This document shows, piece by piece, positions 42,751-56,200 of a stretch of 64,000 bases of DNA. The notes beneath the pieces are model-generated. The model ran no database searches and was not told the DNA's origin. It saw nothing but the letters and a program-made list of their open reading frames with translations. The number at the start of each line of letters is the position of its first letter. Position 1 is the stretch's first letter. The position numbers were made by a program, and so were the translations under genes. Origin of the DNA: Eledone cirrhosa. Taxonomy: Eukaryota. The DNA is taken from contig OZ024742.1 of assembly GCA_964016885.1 (NCBI GenBank), forward strand, positions 364,622,001 to 364,686,000. Direction: 5' to 3'.

Positions 42751-44270
42751 AGACTGTATATGGTTTGGTAATAGAGAATACCGGTGTTTGTTGTTGTAGA
42801 CTGTATATGGTTGGGTAATAGAGAATACCGGTGTTTGTTGTTGTAGAGTGTATATGGTTTGGTAATAGAGAATACCGGTTTTTGTTGTTGTAGACTATAT
42901 ATTGTTTGGTAATAGAGAATACCGGTGTTTGTTGTTGTAGACTGTATATGGTTTGGTAATAGAGAATACCGGTGTTTGTTGTTGTAGACTGTATATGGTT
43001 TGGTAATAGAGAATACCGGTGTTTGTTGTAGTAGACTGTATATGGTTTGGTAATAGAGAATACCGGTGTTTGTTGTTGTAGACTGTATATGGTTGGGTAA
43101 TAGAGAATACCGGTGTTTGTTGTTGTAGAGTGTATATGGTTTGGTAATAGAGAATACCGGTGTTTGTTGTTGTAGACTATATATTGTTTGGTAATAGAGA
43201 ATACCGGTGTTTGTTGTTGTAGATTGTATATGGTTTGGTAATAGAGAATACCGGTGTTTGTTGTTGTAGACTGTATATGGTTTGGTAATAGAGAATACCG
43301 GTGTTTGTTGTTGTAGACTGTATATGGTTTGATAATAGAGAATATCGGTGTTTGTTGTTGAAGACTGTATATGGTTTGGTAATAGAGAATACCGGTGTTT
43401 GTTGTAGTAGACTGTATATGGTTTGGTAATAGAGAATACCGGTGTTTGTTGTTGTAGAGTGTATATGGTTTGGTAATAGAGAATACCGGTGTTTGTTGTT
43501 GTAGAGTGTATATGGTTTGATAATAGAGAATACCGGTGTTTGTTGTTGTAGACTGTATATGGTTTGGTAATAGAGAATACCGGTGTTTGTTGTAGTAGAC
43601 TGTATATGGTTTGGTAATAGAGAATACCGGTGTTTGTTGTTGTAGAGTGTATATGGTTTGATAATTGAGAACACCGGTGTTTGTTGTTGTAGACTGTATA
43701 TGGTTTGATAATAGAGAACACCGGTGTTTGTTGTTGTAGAGTGTATATGGTTGGGTAATAGAGAATACCGGTGTTTGTTGTTGTAGACTGTATATGGTTT
43801 GGTAATAGAGAATACCGGTGTTTGTTGTTGTAGACTGTATATGGTTTGATAATAGAGAATACCGGTGTTTGTTGTTGTAGATTATATGGTTTGATAATAG
43901 AGAACACCGGTGTTTGTTGTTGTAGACTGTATATGGTTTGGTAATAGAGAATACCGGTGTTTGTTGTTTTAGACTTTATATGGATTGGTAATAGAAAACA
44001 CCGGTGTTTGTTGTTGTAGAGTGTATATGGTTTGATAATAGAGAATACCGGTGTTTGTTGTTGTAGAGTGTATATTGTTTGGTAATAGAGAATACCGCTG
44101 TTTGTTGTTGTAGACTGTATATGGTTTGGTAATAGAGAATACCGGTGTTTGTTGTTGTAGACTGTATATGGTTTGGTAATAGAGAATACCGGTGTTTGTT
44201 GTTGTAGAGTGTATATGGTTTGGTAATAGAGAATACCGGTGTTTGTTGTTGTAGACTGTATATGGTTTGG

Positions 44271-47200
44271 TAATAGAGAATACCGGTGTTTGTTGTTGTA
44301 GACTGTATATGGTTTGATAATAGAGAATACCGGTGTTTGTTGTAGTAGAGTGTATATGGTTTGGTAATAGAGAATACCGGTGTTTGTTGTTGTAGACTGT
44401 ATATGGTTTGGTAATAGAGAATACCGGTGTTTGTTGTTGTAGACTGTATATGGTTTGGTAATAGAGAATACCGGTGTTTGTTGTTGTAGACTGTATATGG
44501 TTTGGTAATAGAGAAAACCAGTGTTTGTTGTTGTAGACTGTATATGGTTTGATAATAGAGAATACCGGTGTTTGTTGTTGTATACTGTATATGGTTTGGT
44601 AATAGAGAATACTGGTGTTTGTTGTTGTAGACTGTATATGGTTTGGTAATAGAGAATACCGGTGTTTGTTGTAGTAGACTGTATATGTTTTGATAATAGA
44701 GAATACCGGTGTTTGTTGTTGTAGAGTGTATATGGGTTGATAATAGAGAATACCGGTGTTTGTTGTTGTAGACTGTATATGGTTTGATAATAGAGAATAC
44801 CGGTGTTTGTTGTTGTAGAGTGTATATGGTTTGATAATAGAGAATACCGGTGTTTGTTGTTGTAGACTGTATATGGTTTGATAATAGAGAATACCGGTGT
44901 TTGTTGTTGTAGACTGTATATTGTTTGGTAATAGAGAATACCGGTGTTTGTTGTTGTAGACTGTATATGGTTTGATAATAGAGAATACCGGTGTTTGTTG
45001 TTGTAGACTGTATATGGTTTGATAATAGAGAATACCGGTGTTTGTTGTTGTAGACTGTATATGGTTTGGTAATAGAGAATACCGGTGTTTGTTGTTGTAG
45101 ACTGTATATGGTTTGATAATAGAGAATACCGGTGTTTGTTGTTGTAGACTGTATATGGTTTGATAATAGAGAATACCGGTGTTTGTTGTTGTAGACTGTA
45201 TATGGTTTGATAATAGAGAATACCGGTGTTTGTTGTTGTAGAGTGTATATGGTTTGGTAATAGAGAATACCGGTGTTTGTTGTTGTAGAGTGTATATGGT
45301 TTGGTAATAAAGAATACAGTTGTTTGTTGTTGTAGACTGTATATGGTTTGTTAATAGAGAATACCGGTGTTTGTTGTTGTAGACTGTATATGGTTTGATA
45401 ATAGAGAATACCGGTGTTTGTTGTTGTAGACTGTATATGGTTTGGTAATAAAGAATACAGTTGTTTGTTGTTGTAGACTGTATATGGTTTGGTAATAGAG
45501 AATACCGGTGTTTGTTGTTGTAGACTGTATATGGTTTGATAATAGAGAATACCGGTGTTTGTTGTTGTAGACTGTATATGGTTTGGTAATAAAGAATACA
45601 GTTGTTTGTTGTTGTAGACTGTATATGGTTTGGTAATAGAGAATACCGGTGTTTGTTGTTGTAGACTGTATATGGTTTGATAATAGAGAATACCGGTGTT
45701 TGTTGTTGTAGACTGTATATGGTTTGGTAATAAAGAATACAGTTGTTTGTTGTTGTAGACTGTATATGGTTTGGTAATAGAGAATACCGGTGTTTGTTGT
45801 TGTAGACTGTATATGGTTTGGTAATAGAGAACACCGGTGTTTGTTGTTGTAGACTGTATATGGTTTGATAATAAAGAATACCGGTGTTTGTTGTTGTAGA
45901 CTGTATATTGTTTGGTAATAGAGAATACCGGTGTTTGTTGTTGTAGACTGTATATGGTTTGATAATAGAGAATACTGGTGTTTGTGTGTGTAGAGTGTAT
46001 ATGGTTTAGTAATAGAGAATACCGGTGTTTGTTGTTGTAGACTGTATATGGTTTGGTAATAGAGAATACCGGTGTTTGTTGTTGTAGACTGTATATGGTT
46101 TGGTAATAGAGAATACCGGTGTTTGTTGTTGTAGACTGTATATGGTTTGATAATAGAGAATACCGGTGTTTGTTGTTGTAGAGTGTATATGGTTTGATAA
46201 TAGAGAATACCGGTGTTTGTTGTTGTAGAGTGTATATGGTTTGATAATAGAAAATACCGGTGTTTGTTCTTGTAGAGTGTATATGGTTTGGTAATAGAAA
46301 ATACCGGTGTTTGTTGTTGTAGAGTGTATATGGTTTGGTAATAGAGAATACCGGTGTTTGTTGTTGTAGAGTGTATATGGTTTGGTAATAGAGAATACCG
46401 GTGTTTGTTGTTGTAGAGTGTATATGGTTTGGTAATAGAGAATACCGGTGTTTGTTATTGTAGACTGTATATGGTTTGGTAATAGAGAATACCGGTGTTT
46501 GTTGTTGTAGACTGTATATGGTTTGATAATAGAAAATACCGGTGTTTGTTGTTGTAGACTGTATATGGTTTGATAATAGAGAATACCGGTGTTTGTTGTA
46601 GTAGACTGTATATGGTTTGGTAATAGAGAATACCGGTGTTTGTTATTGTAGACTGTATATGGTTTGGTAATAGAGAATACCGGTGTTTGTTGTTGTAGAC
46701 TGTATATGGTTTGATAATAGAGAATACCGGTGTTTGTTGTTGTAGACTGTATATGGTTTGGTAATAGAGAATATCGGTGTTTGTTGTTGTAGACAGTATA
46801 TGGTTTGATAATAGAGAATACCGGTGTTTGTTGTTGTAGAGTGTATATGGTTTGATAATAGAGAATACCGGTGTTTGTTGTTGTAGCGTGTATATGGTTT
46901 GATAATAGAGAATACCGGTGTTTGTTGTTGTAGAGTGTATATGGTTTGATAATAGAGAATACCGGTGTTTGTCGTTGTAGACTGTATATGGTTTGGTAAT
47001 AGAGAATACCGGTGTTTGTTGTAGTAGACTGTATATGGTTTGGTAATAGAGAATACCGGTGTTTGTTGTTGTAGACTGTATATGGTTTGGTAATAGAGAA
47101 TACCGGTGTTTGTTGTAGTAGGCTGTATATGGTTTGGTAATAGAGAATACCGGTGTTTGTTGTTGTAGACTGTATATGGTTTGATAATAGAGAATAACGG

Positions 47201-50200
47201 TGTTTGTTGTAGTAGACTGTATATGGTTTGGTAATAGAGAATACCGGTGTTTGTTGTTGTAGACTGTATATGGTTTGGTAATAGAGAATACCGGTGTTTG
47301 TTGTAGTAGGCTGTATATGGTTTGGTAATAGAGAATACCGGTGTTTGTTGTTGTAGACTGTATATGGTTTGATAATAGAGAATACCGGTGTTTGTTGTAG
47401 TAGACTGTATATGGTTTGGTAATAGAGAATACCGGTGTTTGTTGTTGTAGACTGTATATGGTTTGATAATAGAGAATACCGGTGTTTGTTGTTGTAGAGT
47501 GTATATGGTTTGGTAATAGAGAATACCGGTGTTTGTTGTTGTAGATTGTATATGGTTTGGTAATAGAGAATACCGGTGTTTGTTGTAGTAGACTGTATAT
47601 GGTTTGGTAATAGAGAATACCGGTGTTTGTTGTTGTAGACTGGATATGGTTTGGTAATAGAGAATACCGGTGTTTGTTGTAGTAGACTATATATGGTTTG
47701 GTAATAGAGAATACCTGTGTTTGTTGTTGTAGACTGTATATGGTTTGGTAATATAGAATACCGGTGTTTGTTGTTGTAGACTGTATATGGTTTGATAATA
47801 GAGAATACCGGTGTTTGTTGTTGTAGACTGTATATGGTTTGATAATAGAGAATACCGGTGTTTGTTGTTGTAGACTGTATATGGTTTGGTAATAGAGAAT
47901 ACCGGTGTTTGTTGTTGTAGACTGTATATGGTTTGATAATAGAGAATACCGGTGTTTGTTGTTGTAGACTGTATATGGTTTGATAATAGAGAATACCGGT
48001 GTTTGTTGTTGTAGACTGTATATGGTTTGATAATAGAGAATACCGGTGTTTGTTGTTGTAGAGTGTATATGGTTTGGTAATAGAGAATACCGGTGTTTGT
48101 TGTTGTAGAGTGTATATGGTTTGGTAATAAAGAATACAGTTGTTTGTTGTTGTAGACTGTATATGGTTTGGTAATAGAGAATACCGGTGTTTGTTGTTGT
48201 AGACTGTATATGGTTTGATAATAGAGAATACCGGTGTTTGTTGTTGTAGACTGTATATGGTTTGGTAATAAAGAATACAGTTGTTTGTTGTTGTAGACTG
48301 TATATGGTTTGGTAATAGAGAATACCGGTGTTTGTTGTTGTAGACTGTATATGGTTTGATAATAGAGAATACCGGTGTTTGTTGTTGTAGACTGTATATG
48401 GTTTGGTAATAAAGAATACAGTTGTTTGTTGTTGTAGACTGTATATGGTTTGGTAATAGAGAATACCGGTGTTTGTTGTTGTAGACTGTATATGGTTTGA
48501 TAATAGAGAATACCGGTGTTTGTTGTTGTAGACTGTATATGGTTTGGTAATAAAGAATACAGTTGTTTGTTGTTGTAGACTGTATATGGTTTGGTAATAG
48601 AGAATACCGGTGTTTGTTGTTGTAGACTGTATATGGTTTGGTAATAGAGAACACCGGTGTTTGTTGTTGTCGACTGTATATGGTTTGATAATAAAGAATA
48701 CCGGTGTTTGTTGTTGTAGACTGTATATTGTTTGGTAATAGAGAATACCGGTGTTTGTTGTTGTAGACTGTATATGGTTTGATAATAGAGAATACTGGTG
48801 TTTGTGTTTGTAGAGTGTATATGGTTTAGTAATAGAGAATACCGGTGTTTGTTGTTGTAGACTGTATATGGTTTGGTAATAGAGAATACCGGTGTTTGTT
48901 GTTGTAGACTGTATATGGTTTGGTAATAGAGAATACCGGTGTTTGTTGTTGTAGACTGTATATGGTTTGATAATAGAGAATACCGGTGTTTGTTGTTGTA
49001 GAGTGTATATGGTTTGATAATAGAGAATACCGGTGTTTGTTGTTGTAGAGTGTATATGGTTTGATAATAGAAAATACCGGTGTTTGTTGTTGTAGAGTGT
49101 ATATGGTTTGGTAATAGAAAATACCGGTGTTTGTTGTTGTAGAGTGTATATGGTTTGGTAATAGAGAATACCGGTGTTTGTTGTTGTAGAGTGTATATGG
49201 TTTGGTAATAGAGAATACCGGTGTTTGTTGTTGTAGAGTGTATATGGTTTGGTAATAGAGAATACCGGTGTTTGTTATTGTAGACTGTATATGGTTTGGT
49301 AATAGAGAATACCGGTGTTTGTTGTTGTAGACTGTATATGGTTTGATAATAGAAAATACCGGTGTTTGTTGTTGTAGACTGTATATGGTTTGATAATAGA
49401 GAATACCGGTGTTTGTTGTAGTAGACTGTATATGGTTTGGTAATAGAGAATACCGGTGTTTGTTATTGTAGACTGTATATGGTTTGGTAATAGAGAATAC
49501 CGGTGTTTGTTGTTGTAGACTGTATATGGTTTGATAATAGAGAATACCGGTGTTTGTTGTTGTAGACTGTATATGATTTGGTAATAGAGAATATCGGTGT
49601 TTGTTGTTGTAGACAGTATATGGTTTGATAATAGAGAATACCGGTGTTTGTTGTTGTCGAGTGTATATGGTTTGATAATAGAGAATACCGGTGTTTGTTG
49701 TTGTAGAGTGTATATGGTTTGATAATAGAGAATACCGGTGTTTGTTGTTGTAGAGTGTATATGGGTTGATAATAGAGAATACCGGTGTTTGTCGTTGTAG
49801 ACTGTATATGGTTTGGTAATAGAGAATACCGGTGTTTGTTGTAGTAGACTGTATATGGTTTGGTAATAGAGAATACCGGTGTTTGTTGTTGTAGACTGTA
49901 TATGGTTTGGTAATAGAGAATACCGGTGTTTGTTGTAGTAGGCTGTATATGGTTTGGTAATAGAGAATACCGGTGTTTGTTGTTGTAGACTGTATATGGT
50001 TTGATAATAGAGAATACCGGTGTTTGTTGTAGTAGACTGTATATGGTTTGGTAATAGAGAATACCGGTGTTTGTTGTTGCAGACTGTATATGGTTTGGTA
50101 ATAGAGAATACCGGTGTTTGTTGTAGTAGGCTGTATATGGTTTGGTAATAGAGAATACAGGTGTTTGTTGTTGTAGACTGTATATGGTTTGATAATAGAG

Positions 50201-53200
50201 AATACCGGTGTTTGTTGTAGTAGACTGTATATAGTTTGGTAATAGAGAATACCGGTGTTTGTTGTTGTAGACTGTATATGGTTTGATAATAGAGAATACC
50301 GGTGTTTGTTGTTGTAGAGTGTATATGGTTTGGTAATAGAGAATACCGGTGTTTGTTGTAGTAGATTGTATATGGTTTGGTAATAGAGAATACCGGTGTT
50401 TGTTGTTGTAGAGTGTATATGGTTTGGTAATAGAGAATACCGGTGTTTGTTGTTGTAGACTGTATATGGTTTGGTAATAGAGAATACCGGTGTTTGTTGT
50501 TGTAGACTGTATATGGTTTGGTAATAGAGAATACCGGTGTTTGTTGTTGTAGACTGTATATGGTTTGGTAATAGAGAATACCGGTGTTTGTTGTAGTAGA
50601 CTATATATGGTTTGGTAATAGAGAATACCGGTGTTTGTTGTTGTAGACTGTATATGGTTTGGTAACAGAGAATACCGGTGATTGTTGTAGTAGACTGTAT
50701 ATGGTTTGGTAATAGAGAATACCGGTGTTTGTTGTTGTAGACTGGATATGGTTTGGTAATAGAGAATACCGGTGTTTGTTGTAGTAGACTATATATGGTT
50801 TGGTAATAGAGAATACCGGTGTTTGTTGTTGTAGACTGTATATGGTTTGGTAATAGAGAATACCGGTGTTTGTTGTTGTAGACTGTATATGGTTTGGTAA
50901 TAGAGAATACCGGTGTTTGTTGTAGTAGACTATATATGGTTTGGTAATAGAGAATACCGGTGTTTGTTGTTGTAGACTGTATATGGTTTGGTAATAGAGA
51001 ATACCGGTGTTTGTTGTTGTAGACTGTATATGGTTTGGTAATAGAGAATACCGGTGTTTGTTGTTGTAGACTGTATATGGTTGGGTCATAGAGAATACCG
51101 GTGTTTGTTGTTGTAGACTGTATATGGTTGGGTAATAGAGAATACCGGTTTTTGTTGTTGTAGAGTGTATATGGTTTGGTAATAGAGAATACCGGTGTTT
51201 GTTGTTGTAGACTGTATATGGTTTGGTAATAGAGAATACCGGTGTTTGTTGTTGTAGACTATATATTGTTTGGTAATAGAGAATACCGGTGTTTGTTGTT
51301 GTAGACTGTATATGGTTTGGTAATAGAGAATACCGGTGTTTGTTGTAGTAGACTGTATATGGTTTGGTAATAGAGAATACCGGTGTTTGTTGTTGTAGAC
51401 TGTATATGGTTTGGTAATAGAGAATACCGGTGTTTGTTGTTGTAGACTGTATATGGTTTGGTAATAGAGAATACCGGTGTTTGTTGTAGTAGACTGTATA
51501 TGGTTTGGTAATAGAGAATACCGGTGTTTGTTGTTGTAGACTGTATATGGTTGGGTAATAGAGAATACCGGTGTTTGTTGTTGTAGAGTGTATATGGTTT
51601 GGTAATAGAGAATACCGGTGTTTGTTGTTGTAGACTATATATTGTTTGGTAATAGAGAATACCGGTGTTTGTTGATGTAGACTGTATATGGTTTGGTAAT
51701 AGAGAATACCGGTGTTTGTTGTTGTAGACTGTATATGGTTTGGTAATAGAGAATACCGGTGTTTGTTGTAGTAGACTGTATATGGTTTGGTAATAGAGAA
51801 TACCGGTGTTTGTTGTTGTAGACAGTATATGGTTTGATAATAGAGAATACCGGTGTTTGTTGTTGTAGAGTGTATATGGTTTGATAATAGAGAATACCGG
51901 TGTTTGTTGTTGTAGAGTGTATATGGTTTGATAATAGAGAATACCGGTGTTTGTTGTTGTAGAGTGTATATGGTTTGATAATAGAGAATACCGGTGTTTG
52001 TCGTTGTAGACTGTATATGGTTTGGTAATAGAGAATACCGGTGTTTGTTTTAGTAGACTGTATATGGTTTGGTAATAGAGAATACCGGTGTTTGTTGTTG
52101 TAGACTGTATATGGTTTGGTAATAGAGAATACCGGTGTTTGTTGTAGTAGACTGTATATGGTTTGGTAATAGAGAATACCGGTGTTTGTTGTTGTAGACT
52201 GTATATGGTTTGATAATAGAGAATACCGGTGTTTGTTGTTGTAGAGTGTATATGGTTTGGTAATAGAGAATACCGGTGTTTGTTGTAGTAGATTGTATAT
52301 GGTTTGGTAATAGAGAATACCGGTGTTTGTTGTTGTAGAGTGTATATGGTTTGGTAATAGAGAATACCGGTGTTTGTTGTTGTAGACTGTATATGGTTTG
52401 GTAATAGAGAATACCGGTGTTTGTTGTTGTAGACTGTATATGGTTTGGTAATAGAGAATACCGGTGTTTGTTGTTGTAGACTGTATATGGTTTGGTAATA
52501 GAGAATACCGGTGTTTGTTGTAGTAGACTATATATGGTTTGGTAATAGAGAATACCGGTGTTTGTTGTTGTAGACTGTATATGGTTTGGTAATAGAGAAT
52601 ACCGGTGTTTGTTGTAGTAGACTGTATATGGTTTGGTAATAGAGAATACCGGTGTTTGTTGTTGTAGACTGGATATGGTTTGGTAATAGAGAATACCGGT
52701 GTTTGTTGTTGTAGAGTGTATATGGTTTGGTAATAGAGAATGCCGGTGTTTGTTGTTGTAGACTGTATATGGTTTGGTAATAGAGAATACCGGTGTTTGT
52801 TGTTGTAGACTGTATATGGTTTGGTAATAGAGAATACCGGTGTTTGTTGTAGTAGACTATATATGGTTTGGTAATAGCGAATACCGGTGTTTGTTGTTGT
52901 AGACTGTATATGGTTTGGTAATAGAGAATACCGGTGTTTGTCGTTGTAGACTGTATATGGTTTGGTAATAGAGAATACCGGTGTTTGTTGTTGTAGACTG
53001 TATATAGTTGGGTAATAGAGAATACCGGTGTTTGTTGTTTTAGACTGTATATGGTTGGGTAATAGAGAATACCGGTTTTTGTTGTTGTAGAGTGTATATG
53101 GTTTGGTAATAGAGAATACCGGTGTTTGTTGTTGTAGACTGTATATGGTTTGGTAATAGAGAATACCGGTGTTTGTTGTTGTAGACTATATATTGTTTGG

Positions 53201-56200
53201 TAATAGAGAATACCGGTGTTTGTTGTTGTAGACTGTATATGGTTTGGTAATAGAGAATACCGGTGTTTGTTGTAGTAGACTGTATATGGTTTGGTAATAG
53301 AGAATACCGGTGTTTGTTGTTGTAGACTGTATATGGTTTGGTAATAGAGAATACCGGTGTTTGTTGTTGTAGACTGTATATGGTTTGGTAATAGAGAATA
53401 CCGGTGTTTGTTGTAGTAGACTGTATATGGTTTGGTAATAGAGAATACCGGTGTTTGTTGTTGTAGACTGTATATGGTTGGGTAATAGAGAATACCGGTG
53501 TTTGTTGTTGTAGTGTGTATATGGTTTGGTAATAGAGAATACCGGTGTTTGTTGTAGTGTGTATATGGTTTGGTAATAGAGAATACCGGTGTTGGTTGTT
53601 GTAGACTATATATTGTTTGGTAATAGAGAATACCGGTGTTTGTTGTTGTAGACTGTATATGGTTTGGTAATAGAGAATACCGGTGTTTGTTGTTGTAGAC
53701 TGTATATGGTTTGGTAATAGAGAATACCGGTGTTTGTTGTAGTAGACTGTATATGGTCTGGTAATAGAGAATACCGGTGTTTGTTGTTGTAGACTGTATA
53801 TGGTTGGGTAATAGAGAATACCGGTGTTTGTTGTTGTAGAGTGTATATGGTTTGGTAATAGAGAATACCGGTGTTTGTTGTTGTAGATTGTATATGGTTT
53901 GGTAATAGAGAATACCGTTGTTTGTTGTTGTAGACTGTATATGGTTTGGTAATAGAGAATACCGGTGTTTGTTGTTGTAGACTGTATATGGTTTGATAAT
54001 AGAGAATACCGGTGTTTGTTGTTGTAGACTGTATATGGTTTGGTAATAGAGAATACCGGTGTTTGTTGTAGTAGACTGTATATGGTTTGGTAATAGAGAA
54101 TACCGGTGTTTGTTGTTGTAGAGTGTATATGGTTTGGTAATAGAGAATACCGGTGTTTGTTGTTGTAGACTATATATTGTTTGGTAATAGAGAATACCGG
54201 TGTTTGTTGTTGTAGAGTGTATATGGTTTGATAATAGAGAATACCGGTGTTTGTTGTTGTAGACTGTATATGGTTTGGTAATAGAGAATACCGGTGTGTG
54301 TTGTAGTAGACTGTATATGGTTTGGTAATAGAGAATACCGGTGTTTGTTGTTGTAGAGTGTATATGGTTTGATAATAGAGAACACCGGTGTTTGTTGTTG
54401 TAGACTGTATATGGTTTGATAATAGAGAACACCGGTGTTTGTTGTTGTAGAGTGTATATGGTTGGGTAATAGAGAATACCGGTGTTTGTTGTTGTAGACT
54501 GTATATGGTTTGGTAATAGAGAATACCGGTGTTTGTTGTAGTAGACTGTATATGGTTTGGTAATAGAGAATACCGGTGTTTGTTGTTGTAGACTGTATAT
54601 GGTTGGGTAATAGAGAATACCGGTGTTTGTTGTTGTAGAGTGTATATGGTTTGGTAATAGAGAATACCGGTGTTTGTTGTTGTAGACTATATATTGTTTG
54701 GTAATAGAGAATACCGGTGTTTGTTGATGTAGACTGTATATGGTTTGGTAATAGAGAATACCGGTGTTTGTTGTTGTAGACTGTATATGGTTTGGTAATA
54801 GAGAATACCGGTGTTTGTTGTAGTAGACTGTATATGGTTTGGCAATAGAGAATACCGGTGTTTGTTGTTGTAGACAGTATATGGTTTGATAATAGAGAAT
54901 ACCGGTGTTTGTTGTTGTAGAGTGTATATGGTTTGATAATAGAGAATACCGGTGTTTGTTGTTGTAGAGTGTATATGGTTTGATAATAGAGAATACCGGT
55001 GTTTGTTGTTGTAGAGTGTATATGGTTTGATAATAGAGAATACCGGTGTTTGTCGTTGTAGACTGTATATGGTTTGGTAATAGAGAATACCGGTGTTTGT
55101 TGTAGTAGACTGTATATGGTTTGGTAATAGAGAATACCGGTGTTTGTTGTTGTAGACTGTATATGGTTTGGTAATAGAGAATACCGGTGTTTGTTGTAGT
55201 AGACTGTATATGGTTTGGTAATAGAGAATACCGGTGTTTGTTGTTGTAGACTGTATATGGTTTGATAATAGAGAATACCGGTGTTTGTTGTTGTAGAGTG
55301 TATATGGTTTGGTAATAGAGAATACCGGTGTTTGTTGTAGTAGATTGTATATGGTTTGGTAATAGAGAATACCGGTGTTTGTTGTTGTAGAGTGTATATG
55401 GTTTGGTAATAGAGAATACCGGTGTTTGTTGTTGTAGACTGTATATGGTTTGGTAATAGAGAATACCGGTGTTTGTTGTTGTAGACTGTATATGGTTTGG
55501 TAATAGAGAATACCGGTGTTTGTTGTTGTAGACTGTATATGGTTTGGTAATAGAGAATACCGGTGTTTGTTGTAGTAGACTATATATGGTTTGGTAATAG
55601 AGAATACCGGTGTTTGTTGTTGTAGACTGTATATGGTTTGGTAATAGAGAATACCGGTGTTTGTTGTAGTAGACTGTATATGGTTTGGTAATAGAGAATA
55701 CCGGTGTTTGTTGTTGTAGACTGGATATGGTTTGGTAATAGAGAATACCGGTGTTTGTTGTAGTAGACTATATATGGTTTGGTAATAGAGAATACCGGTG
55801 TTTGTTGTTGTAGACTTATATGGTTTGGTAATAGAGAATACCGGTGTTTGTTGTTGTAGACTGTATATGGTTTGGTAATAGAGAATACCGGTGTTTGTTG
55901 TAGTAGACTATATATGGTTTGGTAATAGAGAATACAGGTGTTTGTTGTTGTAGACTGTATATGGTTTGGTAATAGAGAATACCGGTGTTTGTTGTTGTAG
56001 ACTGTATATGGTTTGGTAATAGAGAATACCGGTGTTTGTTGTTGTAGACTGTATATGGTTGGGTAATAGAGAATACCGGTCTTTGTTGTTGTAGACTGTA
56101 TATGGTTGGGTAATAGAGAATACCGGTTTTTGTTGTTGTAGAGTGTATATGGTTTGGTAATAGAGAATACCGGTGTTTGTTGTTGTAGACTGTATATGGT

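Larger units (their letters stand above)
25388..44270. repeat. Copy 1 of an 18,883-bp tandem duplication (402 monomers)
   Basis: Identical ORF translations recur at offset 18883 (27123/46006, 31718/50601, 33645/52528, 35287/54170) and then 18882 (38013/56895, 39790/58672, 43177/62059). 402 x 47 minus 11 bp of internal deletions = 18883. Confidence 0.95.
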
